From assembly GCA_965203295.1 (NCBI GenBank), contig CBDBCZ010000013.1, positions 576,001-640,000 on the forward strand: 64,000 bases of DNA, given 5' to 3'. Both the position numbers and the translations under genes were made by a program. Below the pieces are notes generated by a model, which saw nothing but the letters and a program-made list of their open reading frames with translations, was not told where the DNA came from and did no database searches. This DNA is from Nitrospirales bacterium. Lineage in GTDB: Bacteria > Nitrospirota > Nitrospiria > Nitrospirales > UBA8639. Shown piece by piece: positions 1-13,800 of the stretch (position 1 is its first letter; each line of letters starts with the position of its first letter).

Positions 1-1445
1 AGTGTTCAACAGACATTTGTTTCTTGATTGGGTCATTTGTAAGGATATGCAAAAGGGTAGTACTAACATAGCCAGTGATAACGTCATGAAATTGTTGGAT
101 ATAATGGTGCTACTTACATAGTGTAAGTAGCACCATTACGTCCAGCAATTTAACCGGTTTATTTTCAGCAAGATGTAGCAAGCTATTAAACGCGAGATAA
201 GCCATACAGACACGCTGTTATATATGCCTCATGCATCTCCTCCCCTTTGGCTTCCTTTTTAGGGGATAAGCTTAAGAAATTAAGTTTTTTCAACAACTGG
301 ACAGCAGCTAAATATGTATTCTCTGTGGTGAGGAGCAATTGAGCCCCGCCCAGGACTCTGCGCCCGGCCATATGCACGTGATCCTAGCCATGCCCTAGGC
401 CCTCACGTGATATCAAATTCGCTCCCGCTTTTTCTTCTGGCTTCGAGGTACAGACAGCCTGACTTTTGCAGCGAGTGACTGACTGATCTCTTTTAACAAC
501 TCGCAGCCTGTAGGAAATCTCGAGGACGAAGCGGACGTCGACTCTGTTCCTCGCCTTGTGGACGCGGTGAGTGAACTTTACCGGATTTTTTGGGTTTGTT
601 GTTGGGCGTGTCTGCATGGTTGATAAATCTATTCACTGATATGCTATACCAGGAGGATGTCTAGATCGCTAAAAGCAATATGTTAAACCCTTGTGAAAAA
701 TCAGTGATGTCACTGTATAGCTACTTAAGCCAGCTTGCAAGCAGTTTCCAGGCGCGTATGCAGCCCGCAGCCGGTACACCATAGATAGCTAACATTTTCA
801 TCTATGGGTACACGCATTCGTCTGTCTGTCCAGTCCATAATTGGGCTGTCTCGCAATTCACAGGGTTAAGCAAATGCTAGACCCGACATTAACATTCTGA
901 TAGTGATCAAAGCAGTTTTTATTCTCTGCGTTTCCAGAGGCTTTCTCGTTCAAGAATTGTTTGCCATTTTTAATGCTTTCAAAAACTCGAATACAACAGA
1001 GGGCCCGTATACATGGTCTCAGGACACGAGGTTCATACTGGAGTATACGTAGAGAAACGTCCATGTCATTAATATGACGATTAGTCACTCCCGCAGCTTG
1101 AATGCGGCAATACACGAGCGCGCAGTATACGAGGCTTTCCCGCTTTACAGAGCCAACTGTTCCACCAAGCCAGGCAAGTCTGGAGTCCAGAGGTTCCACT
1201 TGTAAAAAAAAAATTGCATGACACTAAACCCATGTGGGATATGAACTTTGAACTCAAAGTTTGGGGGTTGAAAAGTTCCCTTTTTTAACCAGAATTTTTA
1301 TATTCATGATCGATTGCATTCCAAACCAGTATATAGTTCGCATCGAAAGTAATATCTGGAATGAGTATCAAGGTACTCTGGACTTTGCATTGGTTTGTTC
1401 AGAAAATGGAGGGCAGAAAAGTGGTATAGGCAAAAAACTGCCATT

Positions 1446-1625
1446 GAAGAAAAGGTGAAAGAGCTGCGAGAAAGATCTTTTGCGAAAAAGTGTCTAAGAA
1501 CCTCCACATTATTTTCGCTCTGGAGTCATATCAGAAGAAAAGGTGAAAGAGCTGCGAGAAAGATCTTTTGCGAAAAAGTGTCTAAGAACCTCCACATTAT
1601 TTTCGCTCTGGAGTCATATCAGAAG
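1446..1625. repeat. Exact 88-bp tandem duplication
   Basis: gaagaaaaggtgaaagagctgcgag...gagtcatatca repeated at 1446 and 1534. Confidence 0.9.
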
Positions 1626-4600
1626 TCTCCCTAGTTTCTTCAGTAAGTCTTAGCTGGGTTTTTCAGTTTTCAGCCTCTGAATTGGATTACCTGTATCTCA
1701 GCCATTCCATGGTTGATTGACTTCGGATTTGATTTTTGATTCAACTTGTGCATGCACATGTTGATGCTGCCCTGGAATCTCACTGCTGGTAAGGTTACCG
1801 CTTTGTTTGGACCGCTTTTTTTTCTGATAGGCAGCCTCCTTTTGGTCGTAGGGCCCCGAAGAAGACCGCGTTCACACTAATGTTGAGTACCATTGAACCA
1901 ACAAAGGTTGACCTTTCGTACAATATGCATATTGTACGTAGATATTCCTTCCTGCCGGAGATATGAATGCTGATGCGATGTTCCATTTTGGACCTTCCTG
2001 TCCCGCTGGCGCCTCTATAAGCCCCTTATAAAATACATTTAGTAATAATATTATATTATTACACAAATAAGTCGTCTTATTCTGGACTGATGATATACAT
2101 TTACTGGAAGTGTGTGGAACCTTCCAACATTTGGGGTACCACATTGCAAAAATATAGGGTTATTTCAACCTAGCTATAGGTAGGTTGGTACAGCTGCAGA
2201 ATTGCAATTCTTGCTTGCCCTATTACTGCATGCATGCATGTCCAGAGTGAAACATTCATTTGTTATTGCATACTTGTGCCACCAGATAAGGGGTGGAACT
2301 CAAGTGAATATTCATGTATCATTGTATTGAACTTGTTATTCATATGTAAACTCTGGGATACTATCTTGATACTTGTGTATAGATAAGGATGTGACCTTAT
2401 TGCCCTCTAAGAGAATGGGAGGTGGATCAAGGCATAAACTGCAACTGAGACAACCCAACTTAATTTGGTTGAGTTCTCTTTGCAATGCAGATGATCACAT
2501 TGTATGTTAGGTGTTACTACATGCGCCTTGCTCCGTTCTGTCTGGTCGGACAACATATTTCGGAAACTAGTGTGCTTTATTGGACAGTAGCCAGCTCTTT
2601 CTCGCAAACACATGGCAGCAGGCCTGCCTATTCCACTCCCACAAGCATGCCTCAGTTTTTGCTGTATTTAAACAAGTAATGTTTCCTCTTTGCTCCGACA
2701 TCGCTAAGGAGGTTACTGGTATACATAGCAGATATCAGGTCACATGCAGCAAAGAATGATCACATTTGTGGGAGTGTGACAATCAAGTCCTGCTGCCTCT
2801 GATGCATGCAGTGTTAGCAAGCTGATGCAAAAACAAAAGAGTCTTCTGTACCTTAACCCAGCGTAGGGGTATCTCAGTTGCAAGTTCTCTACCAAAAAAT
2901 GTGCATACAAGCAGATCAATTACCCAACATAAATTTTTATGGCTCTTACAATTAAGGGAATACATAGTGCAGCTACACTTCTAGATTCCTGTAATGGTAT
3001 ATGTCGCTACGTACACTTGCATGACTTCACTTAATTGTTTACTCTTCTGTTTGAAATTGGAGACCTATAATGGTCAAGCATGCGTGGTTTAGTATTGAAG
3101 CTGCAACTGATCATGAGATATTTCTCCCTAGCTGGGTTAAAGCAACCATTTTTGTTTTGCTGTGTAGGACCATGCACGGATGTGCAGGTCTATAATAAGT
3201 GGGGCTCGCTCACGCTCACCCCAATTAGCACGCAAGTGATGTGTAATTAGGGTACACTTATATGCACATGCATAAAGCTGCATGGATTGGAATATTAATG
3301 CGTAGTCGATTATATGCAGTAATTATTTTCGTGACGCTATACCGTAAAACGATGTAATGCTGAAATAGGTTTTTAGCCTTGTTGGAAAAAACTGTTTGGA
3401 TCTGTTAACTTTTACTGACCGTAGAGTATGCGCATTATTCCATGATCACAAGTTACACGTGTCTACTACTGCATTATTAGTAGAGTAGAAGGACTGTCCT
3501 ACTGTTCTACTGCCCTACTATCTATATATGACTACTGTACCTGAAAACTAAGCCAGAATTGAGCTGGAAACTCAAAAGAATCAGAGAGAAGAGTCCCCAT
3601 GCTTTATATTGATGGTGGATTGGAGTGTTTTTTGGTGCACAGAAAGCCATGCACAGTGCGGGACAAAATGCGCAAGGTAAACATACAAGAGTGATAGGCA
3701 GATACGTGACCTGATACAATTAACAAAATAACTTGCCATAAGTACTAGGTAGCTTCCAACAATAATGCATGGGTTCATATTGGATACCTGGGGCTGAATA
3801 GCATGTGCTTTCATCACTCTCGAGGCTTCTTTTTCCCATAGTCACATCTTTGGTTACAAGAATTATTCACCGTGTTGTCATAGGAAATTCGTGGTCTTGT
3901 GCATTTTTACAGGTCTGTTTGAGCGTTGCAGGCACTGCTTGTTGTTGTGCTGTTGTCTCATGTATATTTCTCTCCCTCTGTATAGGCATTTCCTCCCATA
4001 AGTAGCAGTGTCTGTTGGAATGTAACACAATTTCTTATCGATAGCCAATGCTTACTCAGATGGTCCGAGTGGATGTCCATGCCATTGACAGATCAACCAA
4101 CATGTTATGGAAACTATTTGGCAGTTTTGCAGACCTATATGTACTAGCAGTACTTTGAAGCCTAACTGTTTCTTGTGTATTTACTAACCAGCCGTTGTTT
4201 ATCGTGCATTATCTCACAACTTACAGAAGTGGCCCCTGTGAAATGGTACCAAAATGAAAGGAATAGCTCATAATAACATGGTCAAACCATTTTGGAATCT
4301 CCCTTGCATGCTCTTTCACTGCTGGAGCTTGAACCTTCTTCATAACGGCATATGCATAAGAGTTAAACGATAGAAGATTGCTACATGTGCAAGCAACCTG
4401 GTACCATGGTGAAGTACTATTGCAGGGCTTTCCAATAGAGCCAAGATCAGCTGGCTGTCATAATTCTGGATGAAGATAGCATGACGAACTTCACGAGGTA
4501 AGTTGTATAGGTTTGATCACACCACAGAGGATATGCGCCTATACATCCTTTGTGGATACGGTTTACCCAAGGTGCAGCCGGGGGATAAAGTCATATCCAA

Positions 4601-6338
4601 GGAGGATATTTTTGGCGCATACTTTCCGAGGGGGCATGGTCTACCTGTCCTTAGCCTGTCACGCTGTAAATGGTCCCACCCCCACACCAAAAGCAGTCCC
4701 CAGACCATCTGTGGCAGAATAGTTGGTTTGTCCCTCCCCGAATCGTTTGTGGCGCCATATTAGACTCACGAGCCAGCCCCTTGCATGAAAAGTACTCATT
4801 GCAGGAATGTGCAGTGTTTGCATGCCATGGTCATATAATCTGATATAATAGACCTTTTATTATGATGTAATAGGAAGTAAAAGGAGGCACTAAAAAGAGA
4901 AATTACATGAAAACATGCGTTTTTTTGGTTTCATGTTTAAACACAAAAGCATGCATGTTTCCCTGTAAAGTTTCCATTTAGTGCCTACTTTTACCCCCCA
5001 CCCATATTACATCATAACTGTAAAGGGTAGTGGCAAGTGAGTTTTATTAATATTCCAGTATACATGTGGTGGCACCATGGACGGGGAAGAGCTTTGTTTT
5101 GCTTGCAGACTACAGGATTGAAAAGAAGGGAACACTGGTGGTTGTAGATCTTTCAAAAGATCAAGAAACTGCAGCAGCACTCTCACGGCAACTTCTGCTG
5201 GTACACAAGCTCTTGGCGCGCACTTAATCACAGATATGAGTCGCTATGTAGTCCTGTAAGTGTAAATAATCAAGAGCTATAGCCGCTAATCAAGACTAAC
5301 CTTGACCACATGCATTAAATGGAGTCAGTTTCCTACTTGAGTGATCGACGCATCTGATTGGCTCTGCCAATAAAGCTCTTTGAAGCCAATAAAGCTCTTT
5401 GAAGTGTTACAAGTACTATATCGCAATGAGACCAGACCTTACTTTTCATGCAATGGGCTGGCTCACGAGACTAGGCTCTGTAGCTATATGGTCACTGTGG
5501 GACTATCCGTGACACTATAAATAGACCCCCTTGCCATGAAAACTATGTTCCCCATTTATTCAGCCTCAAATGCCATCTCAACTGCAATGATACTGAAACT
5601 TTGAAGGATGGAAGTAGTAGAGCAGTAAACTCTAGTGCAGTCTACGAACATCGGCTATTCAGCAATCATCAGCTGCAAGCTTTGAAATTGTGCGGAACCC
5701 CTCCCACTTTTTGACTGTGTTTGCTACCCAACTTCTGCCCACCAGTGATCGGGGCTGTTGATTACTTTGTGCTCTGGGTATAATGGCTAAAATAAATATT
5801 ATCCTGATAGATCTATTTGTCGCTCTTGTCCATCAGGATTGTGAGTCAAATGTGCACGGGTGTAAAGGCCCATCGCTTTGAAAACCCAGGCCAATTGCAC
5901 GGTATCATCATCGAGCAATTACACTAGATCTACTTGGTCTTCCATGATTTACATGTATGTAGTGAACATCAAGCACGGGGGACTATCCACAGCAAGGGGG
6001 GACCATGTACGTATGGCTACGATATTTGGCCTGGGGGGGGGGGGGGGGGGGGAGACTGCTTCTGTGGGAGGACCGTCCATGGCGTGACATGGTGAAATTG
6101 GGCATGTGCACAACTGTCGTTAAGTAGCTTGTGGTTATGTACATAATTGTAAGGTATGCACCTATACATGTATCTCCTGCTACTCTTGTCCTATGAAATT
6201 TGTACTATACTGCATGGGCAGTTCAAAGGTGCCCGTAGCAGTCTATAAGTCAAAGACATGACTATGCTTTAACTGCCAATTATGGCAGTTAGAGCATATT
6301 TGCTCTAACTGCCTTAGTAAGCTGCAAACCCACAAGTA

Positions 6339-6580
6339 AATTATTCATGAGATGTAGCCACTTAGATAATGCCATTTCATGGTTTACAGGAAACCATGAA
6401 ATGGTATTATCTCAGTATAGCTTAGAACATAGAGCTGCCCATGCTCTGAGCCATTTAGTATATGCACATCTTCAGCTTCTTATGCTCTATGGGATTCTTA
6501 CTATATTCTATGAAAATTATTCCATACACTCGTTACTATAGTAACATATTATACTAAGTGGCTACATCTCATGAATAATT
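6339..6580. mobile_element. MITE with 27-bp perfect TIRs
   Basis: aattattcatgagatgtagccacttag at 6339 and its reverse complement at 6554-6580. Confidence 0.7.
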
Positions 6581-9500
6581 CAATGATATCTTTCCTCTTA
6601 TTCTAGGCCTACTGAGGCTCATCGCTGTTCTTCTGGCCCTTCCAGTGTGGTTTCCTCCAAGTCCTCTTCATTCTCTGCTATGAGAACGCTTTTATTTTAG
6701 CTGTTGCATGCACGCCATAGGAATGTTGTTATTTTATAGTTACTATCCGGAATCCATAAGAATGCTTACCGTACTCATAATACTACATTGAGCACACAAC
6801 CACAAACATGGCCCTAGTGTTTCAAAGACTCATAATAATTATGGCTGGCATTCCTAGGATGCCAGAAGATCAGCTGATTTCAGCTGCATTTGTTTTGGGG
6901 ATTTATCCAATAAATGCAGATACACGGGTGGGCGAGAAGCTAATTTTGTGCTATCATGATTGTATAATAGGACTGCAACATCATGGTTATCAAAAGGGGA
7001 TTTTCTTAGGTTGAGAGAGCAGCAAAAGTTGATCATATCGTACTTGTGATAAGCCATAAATGAGCACACAAGAAATTTGTAGACCACAAGTAAATGACAC
7101 TTTAGTCCACAACCAATCTAATAGTGGTGCTGTCTATATGGATGGAGAAGGCTGCAGAAATTCAGCAGCCTTCTCCATCCATCACAATGCGCATGCGAAT
7201 GAATAGGGAATGCTCCAAAAAGAGGACCGGTGTCATTATATTGAGAATGACTTCTGAACTATATTCAACATGCTTGTGGAATGAACACTGTGCAAGTTTG
7301 CTTGAATGCGACATTAAGCTGGAGCTGGCCAAACACTTCCGGTATGCTTCCTGGTTCCTGTTACAGTATCATGTTGCATCCAACAACCTCTGAGTCTTGT
7401 TTGCCGAGATTCTGCAGCCTGGCAGTCTCAGTAGATAGTCTTACACACAGTAAAGCTTTCATCTGCTACCTGGCTTCTGTAGCAGACCTGACTGTTATTA
7501 GTGAACTATGAACTATGAACTTTGTGAACCCTTATTCAGACTGCTATTCTTTTGTTTTATTGTTCCATATTTCCCACTATCATATTACAGTATGAATCAC
7601 ATGTACTTGAGACTTTTTGATATAAGGTTGGCATGAGTCAGGGTCAGTTACACTTCCCTCCTATGTTGTACTAAGTGCAGCATCTCCTTTCTTAACAGCC
7701 TGGGTACAGAATTTGATGCTGATCTTTCTGTTTTAACGAACCACCACTGTCTCGGAATGATAGTAAACCTTCTCGTGTTCTCGAAAGACCAGCTGTCCCC
7801 CCCCCCCCCCCAGATGAATGTTCCGAGGACCAGATGTAAAGTTACCCACCACCACACAATTTTATGGTAACGTTTTGGTAGTGGAAGATGACTAGAACTC
7901 ATTTAGTCAATACTCAACCAGTGTTCTAAGAACCAAAGATGGATACTGCAATGAGGACTTTCATGCAGAGGATGCTGTTTGTGTGCTCGTGATCCTAGCA
8001 AGTGTTGAAATCGGCCAGCAGCTGCCCTGTACCAATGCAATTATAATTTATTATTGCGTTTATAACATTGATGTGCATGCTGTGCAAAACCATTGCTGTA
8101 CAGCTGGTCGGCTTCTTCACTTTTTTGCGCAGTGCCCCTGAATTCCTGATCCCTGTTCTGTAATGCTTGGTCCATCGACGTCTGGGACAGTGTTGTGTGC
8201 AAAGATATTCCCTTTCCTGGGGGATTCATGAAACAGCCACAGGTTATTGGATAAGAACTCGACAACATATAAAGTGTGTGTATAGGGGGAACGGGAAGGG
8301 GGGGGGGGGGACATTTTCAAGGGGGACATCCTGTCGTGTGATACCGTCTTTGAAGTCTGTCGAAACTGCGTAGCATTAAGACGTACATACATGTACCAGA
8401 AAGGCAGACAGAGTCAAGTGCAAAGCAAGCTCGCTATTGTGGGGTCACCACATTTCCCCCAGCCGGATGCATTTCTGGGCGACTATTACTACGAGTCAAT
8501 CAGTTGCAAGAGTAACAACTACCATTTAATGACAGCTATCTATCTGCTCCAAGGATCAGACGTGTCTGCTGTGAGATAACGAGAAAGAGGCTGTAATGCT
8601 TGTAACTAATGTTCGCATCGCATGGTTTGTCAATCATGGACAATATATTCGTGCCATCTGTTTTCAGCACCTATATCTTGATTAACACCGAGGAGACACA
8701 AAAGTCAGCTAACCTTGCAGCTGCACCAAGCCTTCCTTGGCAAAACTATGCGAGAGACTTATTCTGATCTCTGAATGTCCATGTGCCTAGTCTCGTTCCC
8801 AATGCAGATTTGATGTGCTTGTGTGGGGTGTATAGCATTTGTGATGTGGGCTAAATATCCCCCTTGTGTTGTAAGGAATGTGTGCATAAATGGGCTGGGC
8901 TCACGTCTGGTGTAGTCAGGTTGCGTAGCACGTAGGTAGGGCTAACTGCTGTATCATCGCTTCGATACCGGCACGAAAATTCTGCATGATAGAAGATAGG
9001 CTTTAAATAGACTACCACAGGCCCGCAGGCAGTGTGTGCATGCCATACAAGGTATGTAAATGGCAAGCGTCCACTCGAGAGTCCTTTGAATCACTACTGA
9101 ACTAATTTAAGTTCTTTGAAATGCTATGCTTTATAGGCACTACCCCGGGAAAATGACACCCGTTCATGTTTCAAACATTGTATTTGTTTCAGCCATTATT
9201 CTGCTAGCCTAGCTCGAAAAAGAAAGATGAATGGCGTGTTTAGCGGCTTGTTGATGTGGCACTCCAGCAATGGTTTGTAACAATGCTAAGAGACTTATTA
9301 TTGAGGTAAACACCTGAGGGTGACTGTTATGTCTGTGATTTACATGTTGAGCTCGTATGATGTAATCATTGGCTTCACTACCGCTTGCGTCTGTTTTAAC
9401 GTGTGATGCATAACTGCGTCTCGCATACAATCAGCTATCATCTAAGTGTTGATTACTTGCCCTGTATATGTCATGATTATAAGGCCATCCAGAAAAAATT

Positions 9501-9616
9501 GCTTGTTTCTGGTGGCCCGTGGCCATGAAATGCTCATATTCCACTTAACATGTAAATACTAGTACCATGACATGTCTGCTTCATTAGTTTCCTGTTTAAC
9601 CCCTTTACAGTGTGTC

Positions 9617-9989
9617 ATGCCCATTGACACAGAGCAGTGGAGGGCCCAGACTGGGCTCTTCTGTGCCTCTCGTGTCCTCCTCCGCCCACCAAGAGGCAAA
9701 CAGCCGCAGCCAAAGGTGCAAGCTGACACACTGTCACTCAATATGAAATTCTCCCTGGCAGTACTGATAGTGACCATGAGAACTGGAATCTTCTATGCCT
9801 CTCGTACACTTCAGCTACTTTGGTTGATTGCTTGTCATGCCTCCTGGCTACTGTCATCAGTTGTCAAGTTGAGCTGCCGGAGGCTGAGAGGTGTCTCTGT
9901 CCTGCTTGCCCTGTGCCTGGTGGTGGTGCAGATGCTACTGATTATGTCGGGAGACGTGGAGGAGAACCCTGGACCTCCAAAGATACAAA
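9617..9989 (+). CDS. NLR gene coding exon 1: hydrophobic leader ending in 2A/StopGo peptide
   Basis: ATG at 9617 just after an acceptor-like tttacag (9610). Reads MPIDTEQWRAQTGLF...VLLALCLVVVQMLLIMSGDVEENPGPPKIQ. Donor AAA|GTAGGT at 9990 is phase 1 and joins in frame to the next exon. Confidence 0.75.
9932..9976 (+). other. 2A-like ribosomal skipping (StopGo) motif MLLIMSGDVEENPG|P
   Basis: Exact match to D(V/I)ExNPG|P with the typical upstream LLxxxG helix. Skip site lies between Gly (9971-9973) and Pro (9974-9976). Confidence 0.85.
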
Positions 9990-10209
9990 GTAGGTGATCA
10001 ATTCAGTACTGAAGGAGACCTACCGTCAACAACGTAGACTTATCTACTTCTAGTAAATACATGTACATGATAGGGGTTCATAGCCTTGTAGCTATGCAGT
10101 TTTTGCTGCTTAGCTGAAAGACTGGGTACGAGATTGTGCTAGGGATTATTATATGGTAGTGATATTATGCAGTGTGTAGAATCATTGTAGTATGATTCCT
10201 CCTACCCAG

Positions 10210-10506
10210 CCACCCTGGGAGTGAGTGACCTGAGCTGTGTCCGGGAGGAGCTCCTGGATGTCAGATCCAAGTGGTTTGACATCGGACTCAAGCTCAAGCT
10301 GAGTGTGGGAATCCTAGAGGGCATAAGGGGCCAGTATGCAAATCCATCTGAAGCTCTACGTGAAATGTTGCTCCACTGGCTGAAGAAGGTGGACCCACCC
10401 CCAACCTGGGAAGGACTAGCCTGTGCTCTGGAGAGCTGCACTGTGGGAGAGCCTCGGCTGGCAGAACAACTGAGAACAAAGTTTTGCAAGATAGAAGGAG
10501 CAGCTG
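10210..10506 (+). CDS. NLR gene exon 2: DEATH domain
   Basis: Acceptor ttcctcctacccag| and donor |gtcagt, phase 1-1. Translation has death-fold hallmarks KWFDIGLKL, LEGIR, ALREMLLHWLK, PTWEGLACALES. Confidence 0.85.
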
Positions 10507-10860
10507 GTCAGTTGCTGTATATCAACAAGTGTGTGTGCCTAGCATGTGCAGTGATTGTAATCGAAGTTGACATAGTGTAAATTTGAGTTCTTTTCCTCTG
10601 CTCTCAATAGTCTCTGTTTAGTGAGTTCCTTTCATGTCCTTGTCTGTAAGATGATATTCCAGAACTGAGATGCCATAAGCATTAAAAAAATTGGTAGATG
10701 TAACAATACTGCTGCTTTATAATCATGCATGCTCTCTATATTCTCTGCTTCTAATGTTTACTGTAGTTATTACCATTTGAGTTGTTCTTTGGAGTGAGAT
10801 TTAAGCTTTATGTTTTGTGTTGTGTAGGTTTATCACAATAATTATTCTCTATTGCCTTAG

Positions 10861-13800
10861 AGGGAGCCATAGATCGCTATGCCTCACACTTGAAATCAGT
10901 CTACACCAGCACAGAACTGCCAACACACTGCAAGTGGCCACCCTCGTCATCCAAGAAGTTTATCCACCTGGCTGTGGTCAGGAAGGAGAGACTAGGCAAG
11001 AAAAAAGCAGATGCATTTACTAGGGCAAAAATTCATGGAACTGAAATTGATAAAATTTATCAGGAGAAAGAGGGCGTAAACTTCAGCGAGGTTGGGAAAA
11101 TGATAGATGAATCACTTGCAGAAGTGATTCTTGTTGAAGGTGCCCCAGGAATAGGCAAGACAACATTTGCATGGGAGATGTGCAGAAAATGGGCACAGGG
11201 TGAGATTTTGAAAAAATACAGTCTGGTTGTTCTGTTACGGCTTGGTGACAAATGGATGCAAGAGGTAAAAAAAATATCTGATTTCTTTTATCACCCACTG
11301 GCAGACGCTAAGCTCGCTAAAGAAGTAGAAACAGAAATTCTCCATTGTGAGGAAAAGTCAGTCCTACTACTGTACGAAGGTTTTGATGAACTCCCTAGAA
11401 AGCTGCAAGAACAACAATCCATTTTTCTGGATGTACTACACAAAAAATACCTTCCAGATGCAACAATACTGATCACAAGTCGACCCTCAGCCACTTGGTA
11501 TATCCGTTGGAAGTTTAACCCACAGATTTCACAGCATTTTGAAATTCTTGGTTTCACAAAACGTGATATCTGTTCCCATGCACATGATCTCATAGAAGAT
11601 GAGCAGGTGCGCAAAGCCTTTTTACAATACTTAAAATGCTACCCCTACATTCGTGGGATGATGTACGTACCACTGAATGCTGTGATAGTGACAGAACTGT
11701 TCAAGGAGAGACATCATAGTCCCGAGAGGATCATACCAACCACTATAACTGAGCTCTATACCGATCTCACACAAAGTCTTCTGCTGCGCTATCTGCACAA
11801 TGAGTATGAACCACATGTGTGTAACTTGAAGTGTTTCGCAGATTTGCCCTCAAAAGACTACAAAATGTTTAGAAAAGTCACTGCAGTTGCTCTGAAAGGA
11901 ATAATCGAAGACAGGTCTGTGTTTGATGACCTCCCAAAAGGCTTTAATACACTGGACCTGATGCAGTCGGTTCCTGAACTCTACGTTGCACAAGGGGCCT
12001 CGGTCTCATACAACTTCTTGCATGTAACACTGCAGGAATACCTAGCAGCTGTGGACATATCAGAACAACCTGTAAAGAAACAGATAGAATTCTTTGAAAT
12101 GTCTTCACCAGCATTGGGTTCTAGAGCATTATCTACTCAGCCATTACTACCAGATATTATTATCGTACCAGGAATATCCACTAGACTAAGAAATGTGCTG
12201 AGGTTTGTGGCTGGCCTAACAAAATTCAAAGGTATCTCATTATCTTCACTACAACCACTTATACTCAATTCTCTCCCACAAGATTTTAAAGACATAACGT
12301 TAGATTCCCTTCACTGGCTGTTTGAATCACAATGCAGTGACAGTTACAATGAATTGTTTAGTCCCTACAATTTGCTTACTGAACATCACTCTAACATGTC
12401 ACCTTTTGACTTCTTTGTGTTAGGATATGCCATGGCTCACATTACCAGCAATTGGAAGATTAACCTCAGAAATAGCGAAATTGGTGATGAGGAGATAGAG
12501 ATGTTAGTGGCTGGTGTGAAATTTACAATAGGCCCTGTTACCCAGTCTGAGGAGAACAGAAGATTGCAGCAGCTTGATATCAGCAGTAATTCCATACGCG
12601 TTGGAGGAGCCACCGCACTAGCGAAAATGCTGAAGGAAAGTAGGACATTACAACAGCTGAATATTAGTAACAATTCCATAGGCATTCGAGGGGCCACTGC
12701 ACTAGCGCAAGCACTACAGGATAACAGGACATTACAGCAGCTGAATGTTAGTAACAATTCCATAGGCGATGGAGGTGCCACTGCACTAGCGGTTGTGTTG
12801 AAAACGAACAGTACATTACAGCTGTTGGATGTTCGATACAATTGCATAGGCAGTACAGGAGCCACTGCATTAGCGGAAATGCTAAAGGAGAACAGGACTT
12901 TGCAGCAGCTGGATGTTAGTAAGAATTCCGTGCAAGATGGAGGAGCCACTGCACTAGCGGAAATGCTAAAAGAGAACAGGACGTTACAGCAGCTGAATGT
13001 TAGCAATAATTACATAGGTGATAAAGGAGCCACCGCACTAGCGAAAGAGCTGGAAGAGAACATGACATTACAGCAACTGGATATCAGGGACAATTTCATA
13101 CACAAGGAAGGAGCTACAGCTCTAGAGAAAATGCTGAAGAAGAAGAGGACATTACAGCAGCTGCATGTTAGCTGCAATTCCATTGGCGAAAGTGGAGCCA
13201 CCGCATTAGCGGAAATGTCGAAGGAAAACAGGTCATTACTGCCGCTGGATGTTAGCAGGAATACCACAGGTGATAAAGGAGCAACCGCACTAGAAGAAGT
13301 GCAAAAGAGCAAGACATTACAGCAGCAGCAGCTGTATAGCAGCAGGAATTCCATAGATGATGTAGGAGCCACTGCACTCGTGGAAATACTGAAGGAGAAC
13401 AGGGCATCAAAGCAGCTGGATATCAGTGGCCATTCTGTACGCGATGTAGGAGCCACTGAACTAGCAAAAATGCTGAAGGGAACCAGGACATTAAAGCAGC
13501 TCACTGCTCACAGAAATTCCTTAGGTGATGTAGGAGCCACCGCACTAGCAGAAATGCTGAAGGAGAACAGGACATTACAGCAGCTTGATATCAGTGAAAA
13601 TTCCATACACCATGGAGGAGCCACTGCACTAGCAGAAATGCTGAAGGAGAACAGGACACTACAGCAGCTGAATATTAGCAAGAATTCCATAGGTGAAGTA
13701 GGAGCCACCACACTAGCAGAAATGCTGAAGGAGAACAGGACATTACAGCAGCTTGATATCAGTGAAAATTCCATACACCATGGAGGAGCCACTGCACTAG

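Noticed and set aside
1..9500. Short ORFs and possible decayed transposon coding fragments
   Set aside because: No recognisable motifs or consistent exon chains by eye; treated as repeat-rich intergenic DNA.
10890..10892. Start codon of a stand-alone 1350-aa NLR
   Set aside because: It is TTG (Leu). The frame extends back to a splice acceptor at 10860 that joins the DEATH exon.
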